A stretch of DNA of 64,000 nucleotides from a virus (Duplodnaviria; Caudoviricetes): the IMG/VR virus record IMGVR_UViG_3300005719_000002, positions 1-64,000 of that record. One strand, written 5' to 3'. The notes beneath the pieces were generated by a model. That model was not told where the DNA came from, searched no databases, and saw only the letters and a program-made list of their open reading frames with translations. A program made the translations under genes and the position numbers. This document shows positions 1 through 8,354 of the stretch, piece after piece. How positions within the stretch are numbered: the first letter of the stretch is position 1; each line of letters starts with the position of its first letter.

Positions 1-435
1 CCCGCATCGTTTTATGGCCTACCTGAAGATTGGGAGAAATTGCGCTGGGGCGTGACCGCAGAAGGCAAGAAACTCGACCTATTAGGCGAGTACCCCTCAC
101 GCGGCACCTACATTATGGTTATGCCGCTGCTGGGCGCACAGGGCGAGTACGTTCCCTGCTCGGAAGATGTAATCACCTTCATCAACATCATGCGGAAGGA
201 ATTCGAGTCCCGAATAGGCGGTGCTTATTCAGGAGCCGAACTCCATCTCCAGATGGAACAGCGAATGGCGCGCGATCAGGCAGAACTAAACGCTGAAGCT
301 GATCAACAAATTGACGAGTATCGCGAGTGGTGGAGGAAAAACGAGGACAAGATCAACAAGGACAAGGTGTACTCAAAGAATCTCCAGTCCTCGGTTCTTT
401 GGACGCCTAATTCAAGTGAGTCCGCAGTTCACTAG
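1..435 (+). CDS. Hypothetical protein, 5'-truncated (frame open from base 1: PASFYGLPEDWEKLRWG...)
   Basis: Frame 1 is open from the window start to TAG at 433-435; it precedes the structural operon. Confidence 0.7.
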   Translation, partial: PASFYGLPEDWEKLRWGVTAEGKKLDLLGEYPSRGTYIMVMPLLGAQGEYVPCSEDVITFINIMRKEFESRIGGAYSGAELHLQMEQRMARDQAELNAEADQQIDEYREWWRKNEDKINKDKVYSKNLQSSVLWTPNSSESAVH

Positions 436-440
436 GAGGA

Positions 441-1418
441 ATGATGACTAACGCATTCGCGTACCAGGATGGTACGTCAGCCGCATCAAGAGGTTCAGTT
501 CTAACTCAATCGGGTGCTGACCCTCGCCGCCGCAGGTTTGGAATAAACCCTTCAATCTGGCAGATGGTTATGCCCTGCCGGGACTCAGGCCAGCAAGTAG
601 AAGTAATCCCTTCCGGGTTGGTGACTTTCCGTACCGACACGATTAAGGTCGAAAACTATGAAGACGTGCTGCAAGTTCCTGAAGGCGAGTTCCAAAAAGA
701 AATTTACCGTGAATTCACGGCGCAGTGGTTTCTGAACAACACCAAGATTCGCTGGGCAAGCCACGCCTTTCGTGAGCTTCCCTCGATCATGGTGCTGGAC
801 GACCCTGAACTGAACAAGGACGGGTCGGTAAACCAGCGCGTGTTCCCGCATAGCGCCCAAGGGTACTTTGCGACCGTGCATCCATCGCTCCAGTGCGAAC
901 GCGAGGGCGGTGTTAAGGAATGTGTTACCTGCCGTCTCCGTTCGCTGGGAACTACCGAACAGTGCCCGGAGGAACTATGGAAGCAGATGTCCCGCCTGCC
1001 GCGCCCTGACATTGCCGAGCAACTGCGGCTTGAACTAATCGAAACCTACGAGGCTCGTCTGGAAGTCTGTCGCGTGCGATGGGACGAATTAAAATCCGAG
1101 GTGAAGGGTCGCGAGCGTGGTGAGCCGGGGATTTCCAGAATTGACGAGTCCGGCCACTTTGTTCGCAGGCATTTACACGCTGCGGAGGAGTCGGAAGCAG
1201 CTACCGCTGCGGTCTACGGCCAGCAAGTCGCCGAGAAACAAGTGGAAGGCTTCAAGACCCTTGCCAATGCCATGCAGAACGCCAAGGGCAACGACACGCT
1301 CACGGAGTTGCTGGCGCGCGTGGTTGAAAAGCAGGAAAAACAGGATGAAGTTTTAGCGGAGCTTCTGAAAGATCGGAAGAAACCCGCGAAGAAAGCAGAC
1401 GTGGAGACTGCTGACTAA
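441..1418 (+). CDS. Hypothetical protein (325 aa) with Cys cluster (CERE..ECVTCR..C) and coiled-coil C-terminus
   Basis: AGGAGG SD immediately upstream; long ORF. Confidence 0.8.
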   Translation: MMTNAFAYQDGTSAASRGSVLTQSGADPRRRRFGINPSIWQMVMPCRDSGQQVEVIPSGLVTFRTDTIKVENYEDVLQVPEGEFQKEIYREFTAQWFLNNTKIRWASHAFRELPSIMVLDDPELNKDGSVNQRVFPHSAQGYFATVHPSLQCEREGGVKECVTCRLRSLGTTEQCPEELWKQMSRLPRPDIAEQLRLELIETYEARLEVCRVRWDELKSEVKGRERGEPGISRIDESGHFVRRHLHAAEESEAATAAVYGQQVAEKQVEGFKTLANAMQNAKGNDTLTELLARVVEKQEKQDEVLAELLKDRKKPAKKADVETAD

Positions 1419-1458
1419 CTCTCCGGCGAACGATCTGAAAAGAGAGGAGTATCGTTCA

Positions 1459-1686
1459 ATGTTATTCAAATTCGCAAAAGGTACGCGCTTCTGGAGAGGC
1501 AACGAGACGTTTGTGCTGCCAGCGAACACGACTATCGAATGTGAGTCGGTTCAATCAATGGATGCACTGGCGGAAATTCTCGCTGCCGATCCGGTAGCTT
1601 TCGGCCTGAACAAAGACCGTCTCACTCACAAGGAGGACGGAAAGACTGTCCGTTACGGACTGGGCGGAAGACGAGAGGAGGTCTAA
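1459..1686 (+). CDS. Small hypothetical virion-region protein
   Basis: GAGGAG SD; ORF packed in operon. Confidence 0.7.
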   Translation: MLFKFAKGTRFWRGNETFVLPANTTIECESVQSMDALAEILAADPVAFGLNKDRLTHKEDGKTVRYGLGGRREEV

Positions 1687-1689
1687 GCG

Positions 1690-2253
1690 ATGTCACTTAT
1701 CGTACAACTCGTTGAAGACCAAATCGTTACTCTGAAAACCAGTTTGGGCGGCATTCGGATTAAACTCAAAGCCGGTCATCCGGTGGACTTTGTGGATGCG
1801 GTAGCAACCGGGCTGCATCATTCGGTAAACGATGTCGTAGCGGAGCAGATGGCTGCGATTGACCGGAACTTTCTCAGGGTCAATCTCGGCAACCTCCAAC
1901 AGACATTCGTGGACACTGACGGCAAGCATTATTCAGTGACCTACGGCCCGAATGGTGAGGCAACGTACACTTCGCAGACCAGCGCAAGTGCTTCTCCGTC
2001 GTTGAGTCCGTCGGGATCGATTTCCCCGTCGGCTTCAACCTCGATTAGTCCTTCGGGAAGTCTGTCGCCTTCGGCGTCAACGTCAATCTCTCCGAGCGGT
2101 TCTTTGTCCCCCTCGGCGTCAGTTTCACGTTCGCCGTCGCCGTCACTGTCACCTTCGGCTTCAACCTCGATTTCGCCGTCGGCCAGTGCGAGTTCGACCC
2201 TTTCGCCATCCGGCTCGATCAGTCCTTCAGCTTCAGCTTCTCCATCGCCATAA
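1690..2253 (+). CDS. Putative virion protein with C-terminal SPSAS repeat tail
   Basis: About 95 aa globular N-terminus then SPSxS[LIV] repeats ending SASPSP. Confidence 0.8.
   Translation: MSLIVQLVEDQIVTLKTSLGGIRIKLKAGHPVDFVDAVATGLHHSVNDVVAEQMAAIDRNFLRVNLGNLQQTFVDTDGKHYSVTYGPNGEATYTSQTSASASPSLSPSGSISPSASTSISPSGSLSPSASTSISPSGSLSPSASVSRSPSPSLSPSASTSISPSASASSTLSPSGSISPSASASPSP
1975..2250 (+). repeat. SPSAS-coding degenerate hexapeptide repeat tract 1
   Basis: Protein-level tandem repeat, codon-diversified. Confidence 0.9.
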
Positions 2254-2263
2254 GGAGGGCTAA

Positions 2264-2995
2264 GTGGACTGTTCGTCGCTGGCGCAACTGGTTACAGACA
2301 CGCTTAACGGTCTGGGGAATCCCGACGTTAAGTATTGCACCGTGGAAGACGCGGCCAGGGCTGTCGTTCATTCGATAGCCCTGCTCAAACAGTCCGCGTC
2401 TTTCTCACGACAAAACCTCGAAATCCTTAACTACGAGTGGGAGGCATCTGCGCGGGAGGAACAACTTCTCGCTCTGGATGCCTGCCTGCCTTTATGGGTG
2501 GAGAGAAAGGTGGATCAGGACTACTGGCGGTTCGTGCCCACCTGTAACCTGTCTGTCCTTGAGGACGCGCGCATGAGAGGCGACTTTCGCTGTGCGTTCT
2601 TTTCAGAAGACGGCGTACTCAAGGTACGGTTCAGTTACCTGCCTACCGACCTTGCATTTCGCACCCATCGGTTGCGGTACGAACCGTCCCTGTTCAACGC
2701 TGAGACCTTCAGCGACATCCTGCTGGATAGTCAGGGCACAGGAATTAGTTCGGCGTTCTTTCCGCTGGTGTCGGCGCTGGCTGAGCTTGAACTAATCCCC
2801 ACCATGAAAATCAAGGCCGCGCAGGAACCCAACCCGAATGTAATTCTAATCAACGCATGGACGGATCGGCAGGACTATCTGGCTATCAAAGCCGCCGAAT
2901 GGCACAGACGTTACCGCCAATGGGCGTTTGGTGAACGGAGTGGGATTCGTGGGCGGCGCAGGCGTTCTCTGGTGGCGAAAGGGATTGGAATATGA
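2264..2995 (+). CDS. Putative head-tail adaptor/ring-like protein
   Basis: AAGGAG SD with GTG start; size and position ahead of ring paralogues and nozzle gene. Confidence 0.5.
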   Translation: MDCSSLAQLVTDTLNGLGNPDVKYCTVEDAARAVVHSIALLKQSASFSRQNLEILNYEWEASAREEQLLALDACLPLWVERKVDQDYWRFVPTCNLSVLEDARMRGDFRCAFFSEDGVLKVRFSYLPTDLAFRTHRLRYEPSLFNAETFSDILLDSQGTGISSAFFPLVSALAELELIPTMKIKAAQEPNPNVILINAWTDRQDYLAIKAAEWHRRYRQWAFGERSGIRGRRRRSLVAKGIGI

Positions 2996-3348
2996 ACGAA
3001 AACACTTCTCAAAGAGTCCCGTTTGGGCGTCCGTCGTGCAAGCGGTACATCGCCTTGCTTACCCAGTCGGGTACTGATGCGCCCGTAGCGACGGTGCTGG
3101 AAAATACCCTGGGTGACATTGCGTGGACGTACAGCACCGTGGGGGTCTACGTCGGCACCCTCGCCGGTGCGTTCCCAGCGGATAAGGTGCTGTGCTTTGT
3201 AGGCGGCTTAGCTTCTGCGGCGGCAGATCGCACTGGGCGATGCGTGCGAACAGATGCCGACACAATCACTCTGACAACTTCAGAAAACACCGCAGCCGCC
3301 AATGCGCTGCTTATCGGCGACCCGATTGAAATTCGTGTTTACGACTAA
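2992..3348 (+). CDS. Conserved phage structural-region protein (YIALLTQSGTDAPVATVLENTLG motif)
   Basis: Motif recognised from uncharacterised phage proteins; ATGA overlap with upstream gene. Confidence 0.6.
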   Translation: MNENTSQRVPFGRPSCKRYIALLTQSGTDAPVATVLENTLGDIAWTYSTVGVYVGTLAGAFPADKVLCFVGGLASAAADRTGRCVRTDADTITLTTSENTAAANALLIGDPIEIRVYD

Positions 3349-4001
3349 TGGGCACAGTAGACGAGAACATTGTCAAACAGCGCGTGGGCGCGATTCTTTT
3401 TATCAACCGCCTTGACTCTTATTCAGGCACGGCCAGCGGCTCAAACTCTCGCTACCAGTCGAACGACGAAATTACCGACACGATCCGCGAGGTGGACGCC
3501 TTGCTATGTCAGGCGCGCATGTCCACCACGGGCGACCCTTACCGCTCAAACTGGATGCAAGTCACAGGGTCACTGGCGAGCGGAGATCGCATTCCAGCGT
3601 TTGTCGGCGTCTTGGGTGATATCGATGTGAAGAATGGCAGCGCATGGGCACCTGCGCGCTACGCAGCCTCGCGTGCAGACGTGATCGAAATGCGGCGCAA
3701 CCCTGCGCTTTACCCCAACGTGAACGATTGGGTGGCTGTGGAGGATGGGCGAATATTCCACAATGCCGAAGCAGCCCGTGCGCACTACCCAAACTTTGAG
3801 AAGCGGCAGGAGTGTCAATCACCCGATGTCGATGAGTCGGCTTTGGTGTACGGCACGGTGGCATCGCTGGCAAAGGATGGCTCAGTAACCCCTGAAGTGT
3901 TTGAAGCCTCAGGGCGATACTTTCAGGCTTACCTTGCGATGATTAAAGGTGAACCAGCGGTACTGCCCGACGTGGCGAGGTTTGAAACCAATGTTCGATA
4001 A
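3348..4001 (+). CDS. Putative tail ring/adaptor protein (divergent paralogue)
   Basis: TAATG coupling; about 200 aa; position in ring gene run. Confidence 0.5.
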   Translation: MGTVDENIVKQRVGAILFINRLDSYSGTASGSNSRYQSNDEITDTIREVDALLCQARMSTTGDPYRSNWMQVTGSLASGDRIPAFVGVLGDIDVKNGSAWAPARYAASRADVIEMRRNPALYPNVNDWVAVEDGRIFHNAEAARAHYPNFEKRQECQSPDVDESALVYGTVASLAKDGSVTPEVFEASGRYFQAYLAMIKGEPAVLPDVARFETNVR

Positions 4002-4557
4002 CGATGAACAGGTTGCGGTAATAGCCCGACGGAGACTTGGCGCTCCACCTGAGGCTGTCTACGCACTCCAACCGCTTGTCGGCCAAGCCCTGTCCAGTCT
4101 CGCGCACAAGGTAGCCCGCAGTGACAACTTTGTTGAATTGCGCAAAGAGCAAGCGATTACCTGTACTGCTGGAGTAGTTACACTCACCGACACGTCGTTA
4201 CTACTCGACATGCTGGACAAGACCAGCACGCTGATACTGAACGGCAAAGAAGCAAAGTGGGTGGCGCGGTTTGACGACCTGAGGGCAAAGTTACCAACCG
4301 ATATTTACTGGGCGGCACTAAGAGGACGGAAAATACTGGTCAAGGACATCGCTACTGGGAATCTGGGGACAGCCTCGGTGTTTGGATTACTGGAAGCTAG
4401 TTACAGTCCTAAACTCTCAGAGTTGCCCGATGCCCTGAATGAAGACTTGATCGATGAAGTGGTGCGGATGGCGCAATCCCGCACCGACACTGCCGCGCAA
4501 GACATTGAAGGAAAGCAGAGTGACATAAACAATGTCCGTTTCGTCCCTAACGACTGA
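3991..4557 (+). CDS. Putative tail ring/adaptor protein, paralogue 1
   Basis: Probable start ATG 3991; shares ALxxLAxxV, GxxxL, LLLD, W...G..L..K and SY.P.L..LP..L...LID.V blocks with the next two genes. Confidence 0.6.
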   Translation: MFDNDEQVAVIARRRLGAPPEAVYALQPLVGQALSSLAHKVARSDNFVELRKEQAITCTAGVVTLTDTSLLLDMLDKTSTLILNGKEAKWVARFDDLRAKLPTDIYWAALRGRKILVKDIATGNLGTASVFGLLEASYSPKLSELPDALNEDLIDEVVRMAQSRTDTAAQDIEGKQSDINNVRFVPND

Positions 4558-5143
4558 CGATGTTCTGGCTCGCGTCCGCGCCCGATTCGACGTGCCACTG
4601 GCACTGGTGCCACGCGCAGAGCACAATATTGCGCTGTGCATTGCAGGTGGGTTGGAACGATTAGGGCGCGCGGTTAAAGACTCACTGGATCGCCATCTCC
4701 TGATTACCTCGCTGAATGCCACGCCAGCGGCGGGAGTAATCGACCTTTCAACCGCAACGTACAGAAATATCCTGATTGATACGTTTAAGTTACCAGGAGG
4801 CATCACAACCCAAGCCGAGTTAAGCACGGTGTTCAAGCAGGTTGCTTCGTTGGACGCCCTGCGAGCCACCAGCCCTGCGGATACGTCATGCGTGTGGTTC
4901 AACCTCACTGGAACAAAACTGACATTCAAGCACCCAACATCAGGTGCGTTGAATTCTTACGCTACAGCAGTTGTCTTGCGCGGTTCGTACATCCCCACGC
5001 TGGACACGACGAGTTTGCCAATGCCCGCAGAGCTTGATGACCAGTTGATCGATCAGGTAGCGGGGTTGGTGAAGCAGCTAGGTGGAATGAGCTTTCTAAA
5101 GATGGACGATGACTTAGCAGCCGAGCGGGTGGGCGGAAACTAA
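4532..5143 (+). CDS. Putative tail ring/adaptor protein, paralogue 2
   Basis: Shared blocks GLERLGRAV, GVIDLS, ILID, WFNLTGTKLTFK, SYIPTL...LDDQLIDQV. Confidence 0.6.
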   Translation: MSVSSLTTDDVLARVRARFDVPLALVPRAEHNIALCIAGGLERLGRAVKDSLDRHLLITSLNATPAAGVIDLSTATYRNILIDTFKLPGGITTQAELSTVFKQVASLDALRATSPADTSCVWFNLTGTKLTFKHPTSGALNSYATAVVLRGSYIPTLDTTSLPMPAELDDQLIDQVAGLVKQLGGMSFLKMDDDLAAERVGGN

Positions 5144-5144
5144 T

Positions 5145-5714
5145 ATGTTGCTGAACGACCTCGAACAACGAGTAAAGAACCGGCTGCAACCTGAGGGGAT
5201 CGCAGAGGACGATCTGGCCTTCGTAATCGGGCAGGAAACTTTTCCTGCGCTTGAGCAACTAGCTCGCGAATGTGCTCGCGACCCCAGCCAGCGACACTTC
5301 TTTCTCACCAGTCCGGCGTCGGTTACAGCCGTGCTGGATGGCACCGGCGCGGCAGACTTATCGAGCCTCGTAACCAACAACGGCATTTTGATCGATTGCC
5401 TCCAGTATGGCGAGGTGTTCCCTCCGGTGAGTGATGCTTATCCAACCCAACCATTCAGAATCATCGAGAACCGCCAGCAGGCGCTACTCTCAGGAATGCT
5501 GGATGGACTGGTACTCAAAGCGTGGCGTGAGGGGAACCTGCTAAAAACCAAGAGTCCGTCAAACAATGTCGAGCCGTTGAGCGGTTCGGTGTCGTTCAAA
5601 GTACCCCGTGTGCCGACACTGGCGGAAGTACCTGCCACCTTGGAAGGCAGGGTGGTCGATTTAGTAGCGGAGAGATTAAGTGGACGAATTACCAGACAGC
5701 CTAAAAATAAGTAA
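5145..5714 (+). CDS. Putative tail ring/adaptor protein, paralogue 3
   Basis: Shared blocks ALEQLARECA, GAADLS, ILID, WREGNLLKTK, VPTLAEVP..LEGRVVDLV. Confidence 0.6.
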   Translation: MLLNDLEQRVKNRLQPEGIAEDDLAFVIGQETFPALEQLARECARDPSQRHFFLTSPASVTAVLDGTGAADLSSLVTNNGILIDCLQYGEVFPPVSDAYPTQPFRIIENRQQALLSGMLDGLVLKAWREGNLLKTKSPSNNVEPLSGSVSFKVPRVPTLAEVPATLEGRVVDLVAERLSGRITRQPKNK

Positions 5715-6294
5715 TCCGCAGGTCCTGGAACAAGCCGAGCAGATGCGCGCTGACTTGATACAGCGGGCGAATAGTCCATTTGCGCGCATGTCGCCTCAGG
5801 AGCAGACCAGAGCGCGGGCGTTCAAGATTTCCGAGGAGTTACAGAACGACCTCGACATCATCTCGGAGCAGATAGCGAGAGGTGAGGCAACCCATGAACT
5901 GAAAGCCGCGCAATTCACCATCGCATCGCAACTGGCCGAGCAGTTGGCAATCACAGGTAATTACGAACGTGCCTATGAAATCGATCCGCGCGAAGAGTAT
6001 CGGGCTGAGTACCGAGGGATTCTGGAAGCAATCAACCGTGACGATGAAGAGTCCTGTGGCTGTCCGCCGGGACGTACCTTCGTCAAAGCCGATGTGTTCT
6101 CTCTGAAACACGGTAGGACGGTGACGTTGATTAAGTGCCAGTGCGGATATCTCAACGCACGCCCAATTACCGCTGAACTAAGCAAACAGAGAGAGCACCG
6201 GGCAAAGGCGCAGAGTTTAGTAGGTGACCTTTCCCCAGCGGATGCGGCAGAGAGACTGAGAGCAATCGGACACACGACAAAACAACTATCTTGA
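5680..6294 (+). CDS. Hypothetical helical protein with C-terminal Cys motifs (CGC...CQCG)
   Basis: ORF fills the gap between ring genes and nozzle gene; exact start uncertain. Confidence 0.65.
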   Translation: MDELPDSLKISNPQVLEQAEQMRADLIQRANSPFARMSPQEQTRARAFKISEELQNDLDIISEQIARGEATHELKAAQFTIASQLAEQLAITGNYERAYEIDPREEYRAEYRGILEAINRDDEESCGCPPGRTFVKADVFSLKHGRTVTLIKCQCGYLNARPITAELSKQREHRAKAQSLVGDLSPADAAERLRAIGHTTKQLS

Positions 6295-8354
6295 GGCGCA
6301 CCTCCCTACTTGAGCACGAATTCACTTCCGGCCTGCAAGTCCCTTTTAATCCGCTGGCTGGAGGTAAAGGACTGGCTGATGGTTCGCGTAATCTCCTGCG
6401 ATTGCCGGGAGGGTTTCAGGTCTGGAAAGGGCTGTCGTCATTTGGAGCAAACACCGGTTCCCGCCTGATGCGCAATGTGGGTGGGACTTGGGGCGGGCTA
6501 AAGGACATTGGAAGCCTGCAAGCCAAGGGAAGCCTGTTTCAAGACATTGGTAGATCGCTGTGGTTTATTGGTGCGGGGCAAGTTTCGATTGAAGGTGCTG
6601 ACCTTGTTGGTATTACCGCTTCAACTTCTCTCAAGGTTTCGCTCTCGGTTAACGGAGCTTATAGCGCAGCTACTACTTACGTTGCGGGGCTACCGCAACC
6701 GTCTGCGCCGGATATTGGTATTCCTGCGTCTATTGGCACGGGACTAACCGGAAACATCAAAGGCCCGGTCAGCACAAAGATTGCTCGGTTACGTCTGTCC
6801 ACGGGTGCGCGCTCGGTCTCATCTCCTACCTCGGCGGTGGCCGATCCGCAGAACCAAACGGTCAGGGTGACTTTCCCGCTACCCTCCACCGGGCAGGACT
6901 ACTGGGCGGTGTTCTTTACCCAGTCAGGCTTTGGCGGGGTTGGGCTTCATTACCGCGCACCGTTCAATGGCGCATTGGACATTCCTGAATCCCTCGTGGC
7001 CGCAAGTTCAGTAGACGGCATCCCTCGCTCACTGGAGTTCGACTTCAAAGATGGCGACCTAATCCCTGAGGTTGCTTACATTGACGACTACGTACCACCC
7101 GCCGGAACCCATGCGGTGCGATTGGAAAATGTCATGGTGGTGCTGGGTGCGTATGCCGACTCAACCTCTCCAGTGAGCAGCACCAACCCCGGTACGGTCG
7201 GTGCGGTGTCGCTACCCAATTACTACGAATCCTACAAGCCTCGACACTTGGTGTACTTCCCTGAGCAGATCGTGGACGTGATGGCACGCCCCACTGACCA
7301 GTTTGCTTATGTCGGTCATCGTGATTGCATTACCGCGCTTCAGTACGTTGGTGTGCAAGACGGGCCAGCAGTGGCCGTGACGATGGTGTCACCCGATATT
7401 GGCATCGCCAAACCGCACAACTGGTGTCAGGTACATGGGCTTCTCTACGTCTTTCCCGCGCAGGGTGGGCCGGTACGCATGAGACGAGACGGCTCGTGGG
7501 ATTACACTTTTGCCGCCGACGTGCGCGCGTTGATGAAAGATTGGTCGGTAGAGGAAACAATAGTCGGTTGGCACCCCGATACGCTGTCCGTGGTCTACAT
7601 GAACAATGGTCAGGGGTTGTCTTTCTCTCTGCAAACAGAAGAGTGGTCGGCCATCTGCAACTTCACCGACGGGGGAGTTTCCGGTACGGCGTTGTCATGC
7701 ACCAGCACCGCAGGACAGTTGGTTGTCTCCATAATCGATCCCAACGGAACACATATCGCTTATGCGTGGCATGAAGGGGCAACCTCAATGCCGATATCCG
7801 TCTTCACCCAATGGCAGAAAAGTCTCAGGCCGATAACGGTCATGGAACTAAGCGCAGGGTTTGAAGCGGATCGTAGTTCCCCGCTGCTCTACTCCGTTCA
7901 TCGCAACCTGAAGATTAAATATGTCGTGGATGGCCGAGTAACCGGTGGGCATCATACGCTGGAGTCTATTGATGCTAAGTGGGCGGCGTCTATTACCGGC
8001 GACATGGTGCTGATCTTTGGCGCAGGTATCGGCGTTGGAGTTGACTACCTGATTGCCCGTGTCACCTACGGCAGCCCAACAGTGGTGATGCTTTCCGATC
8101 CGATTACCGGCGCAACACTGAACACCTTGACCACCGCGCAGGACTGTTTCGTGGTTATTGCTACTCAGATTGGAAGTTATGTGGTTAGTCAAACCGGCTA
8201 CCAGCACACCCCGCCGCTTCAGGATGTGTTCGTGGATGAGTGCCAGAGTTTTGCTATTGGACTGCACCAGTTGACCATGGCAGTCTCGGCAGGGTTCTCC
8301 CATGTCAACGTGCAGGGCACAGGACAAATGACGCCCACGGCTCTATCAACCTAA
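6291..8354 (+). CDS. Putative tail nozzle / DNA-stabilisation protein (T7 gp12 / P22 gp10-like, beta-rich)
   Basis: 687 aa, beta-rich, follows the ring genes; N-terminal F.SGL..PF.P...G.RN pattern typical of this class; assignment by context. Confidence 0.55.
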   Translation: MRRTSLLEHEFTSGLQVPFNPLAGGKGLADGSRNLLRLPGGFQVWKGLSSFGANTGSRLMRNVGGTWGGLKDIGSLQAKGSLFQDIGRSLWFIGAGQVSIEGADLVGITASTSLKVSLSVNGAYSAATTYVAGLPQPSAPDIGIPASIGTGLTGNIKGPVSTKIARLRLSTGARSVSSPTSAVADPQNQTVRVTFPLPSTGQDYWAVFFTQSGFGGVGLHYRAPFNGALDIPESLVAASSVDGIPRSLEFDFKDGDLIPEVAYIDDYVPPAGTHAVRLENVMVVLGAYADSTSPVSSTNPGTVGAVSLPNYYESYKPRHLVYFPEQIVDVMARPTDQFAYVGHRDCITALQYVGVQDGPAVAVTMVSPDIGIAKPHNWCQVHGLLYVFPAQGGPVRMRRDGSWDYTFAADVRALMKDWSVEETIVGWHPDTLSVVYMNNGQGLSFSLQTEEWSAICNFTDGGVSGTALSCTSTAGQLVVSIIDPNGTHIAYAWHEGATSMPISVFTQWQKSLRPITVMELSAGFEADRSSPLLYSVHRNLKIKYVVDGRVTGGHHTLESIDAKWAASITGDMVLIFGAGIGVGVDYLIARVTYGSPTVVMLSDPITGATLNTLTTAQDCFVVIATQIGSYVVSQTGYQHTPPLQDVFVDECQSFAIGLHQLTMAVSAGFSHVNVQGTGQMTPTALST

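Noticed and set aside
8240-8353. ORF-track starts at 8240, 10850, 26609, 28240, 35970 and 39300
   Set aside because: They overlap upstream genes or truncate domains; SD, coupling or promoter evidence favours 8354, 10934, 26588, 28291, 35883 and 39264
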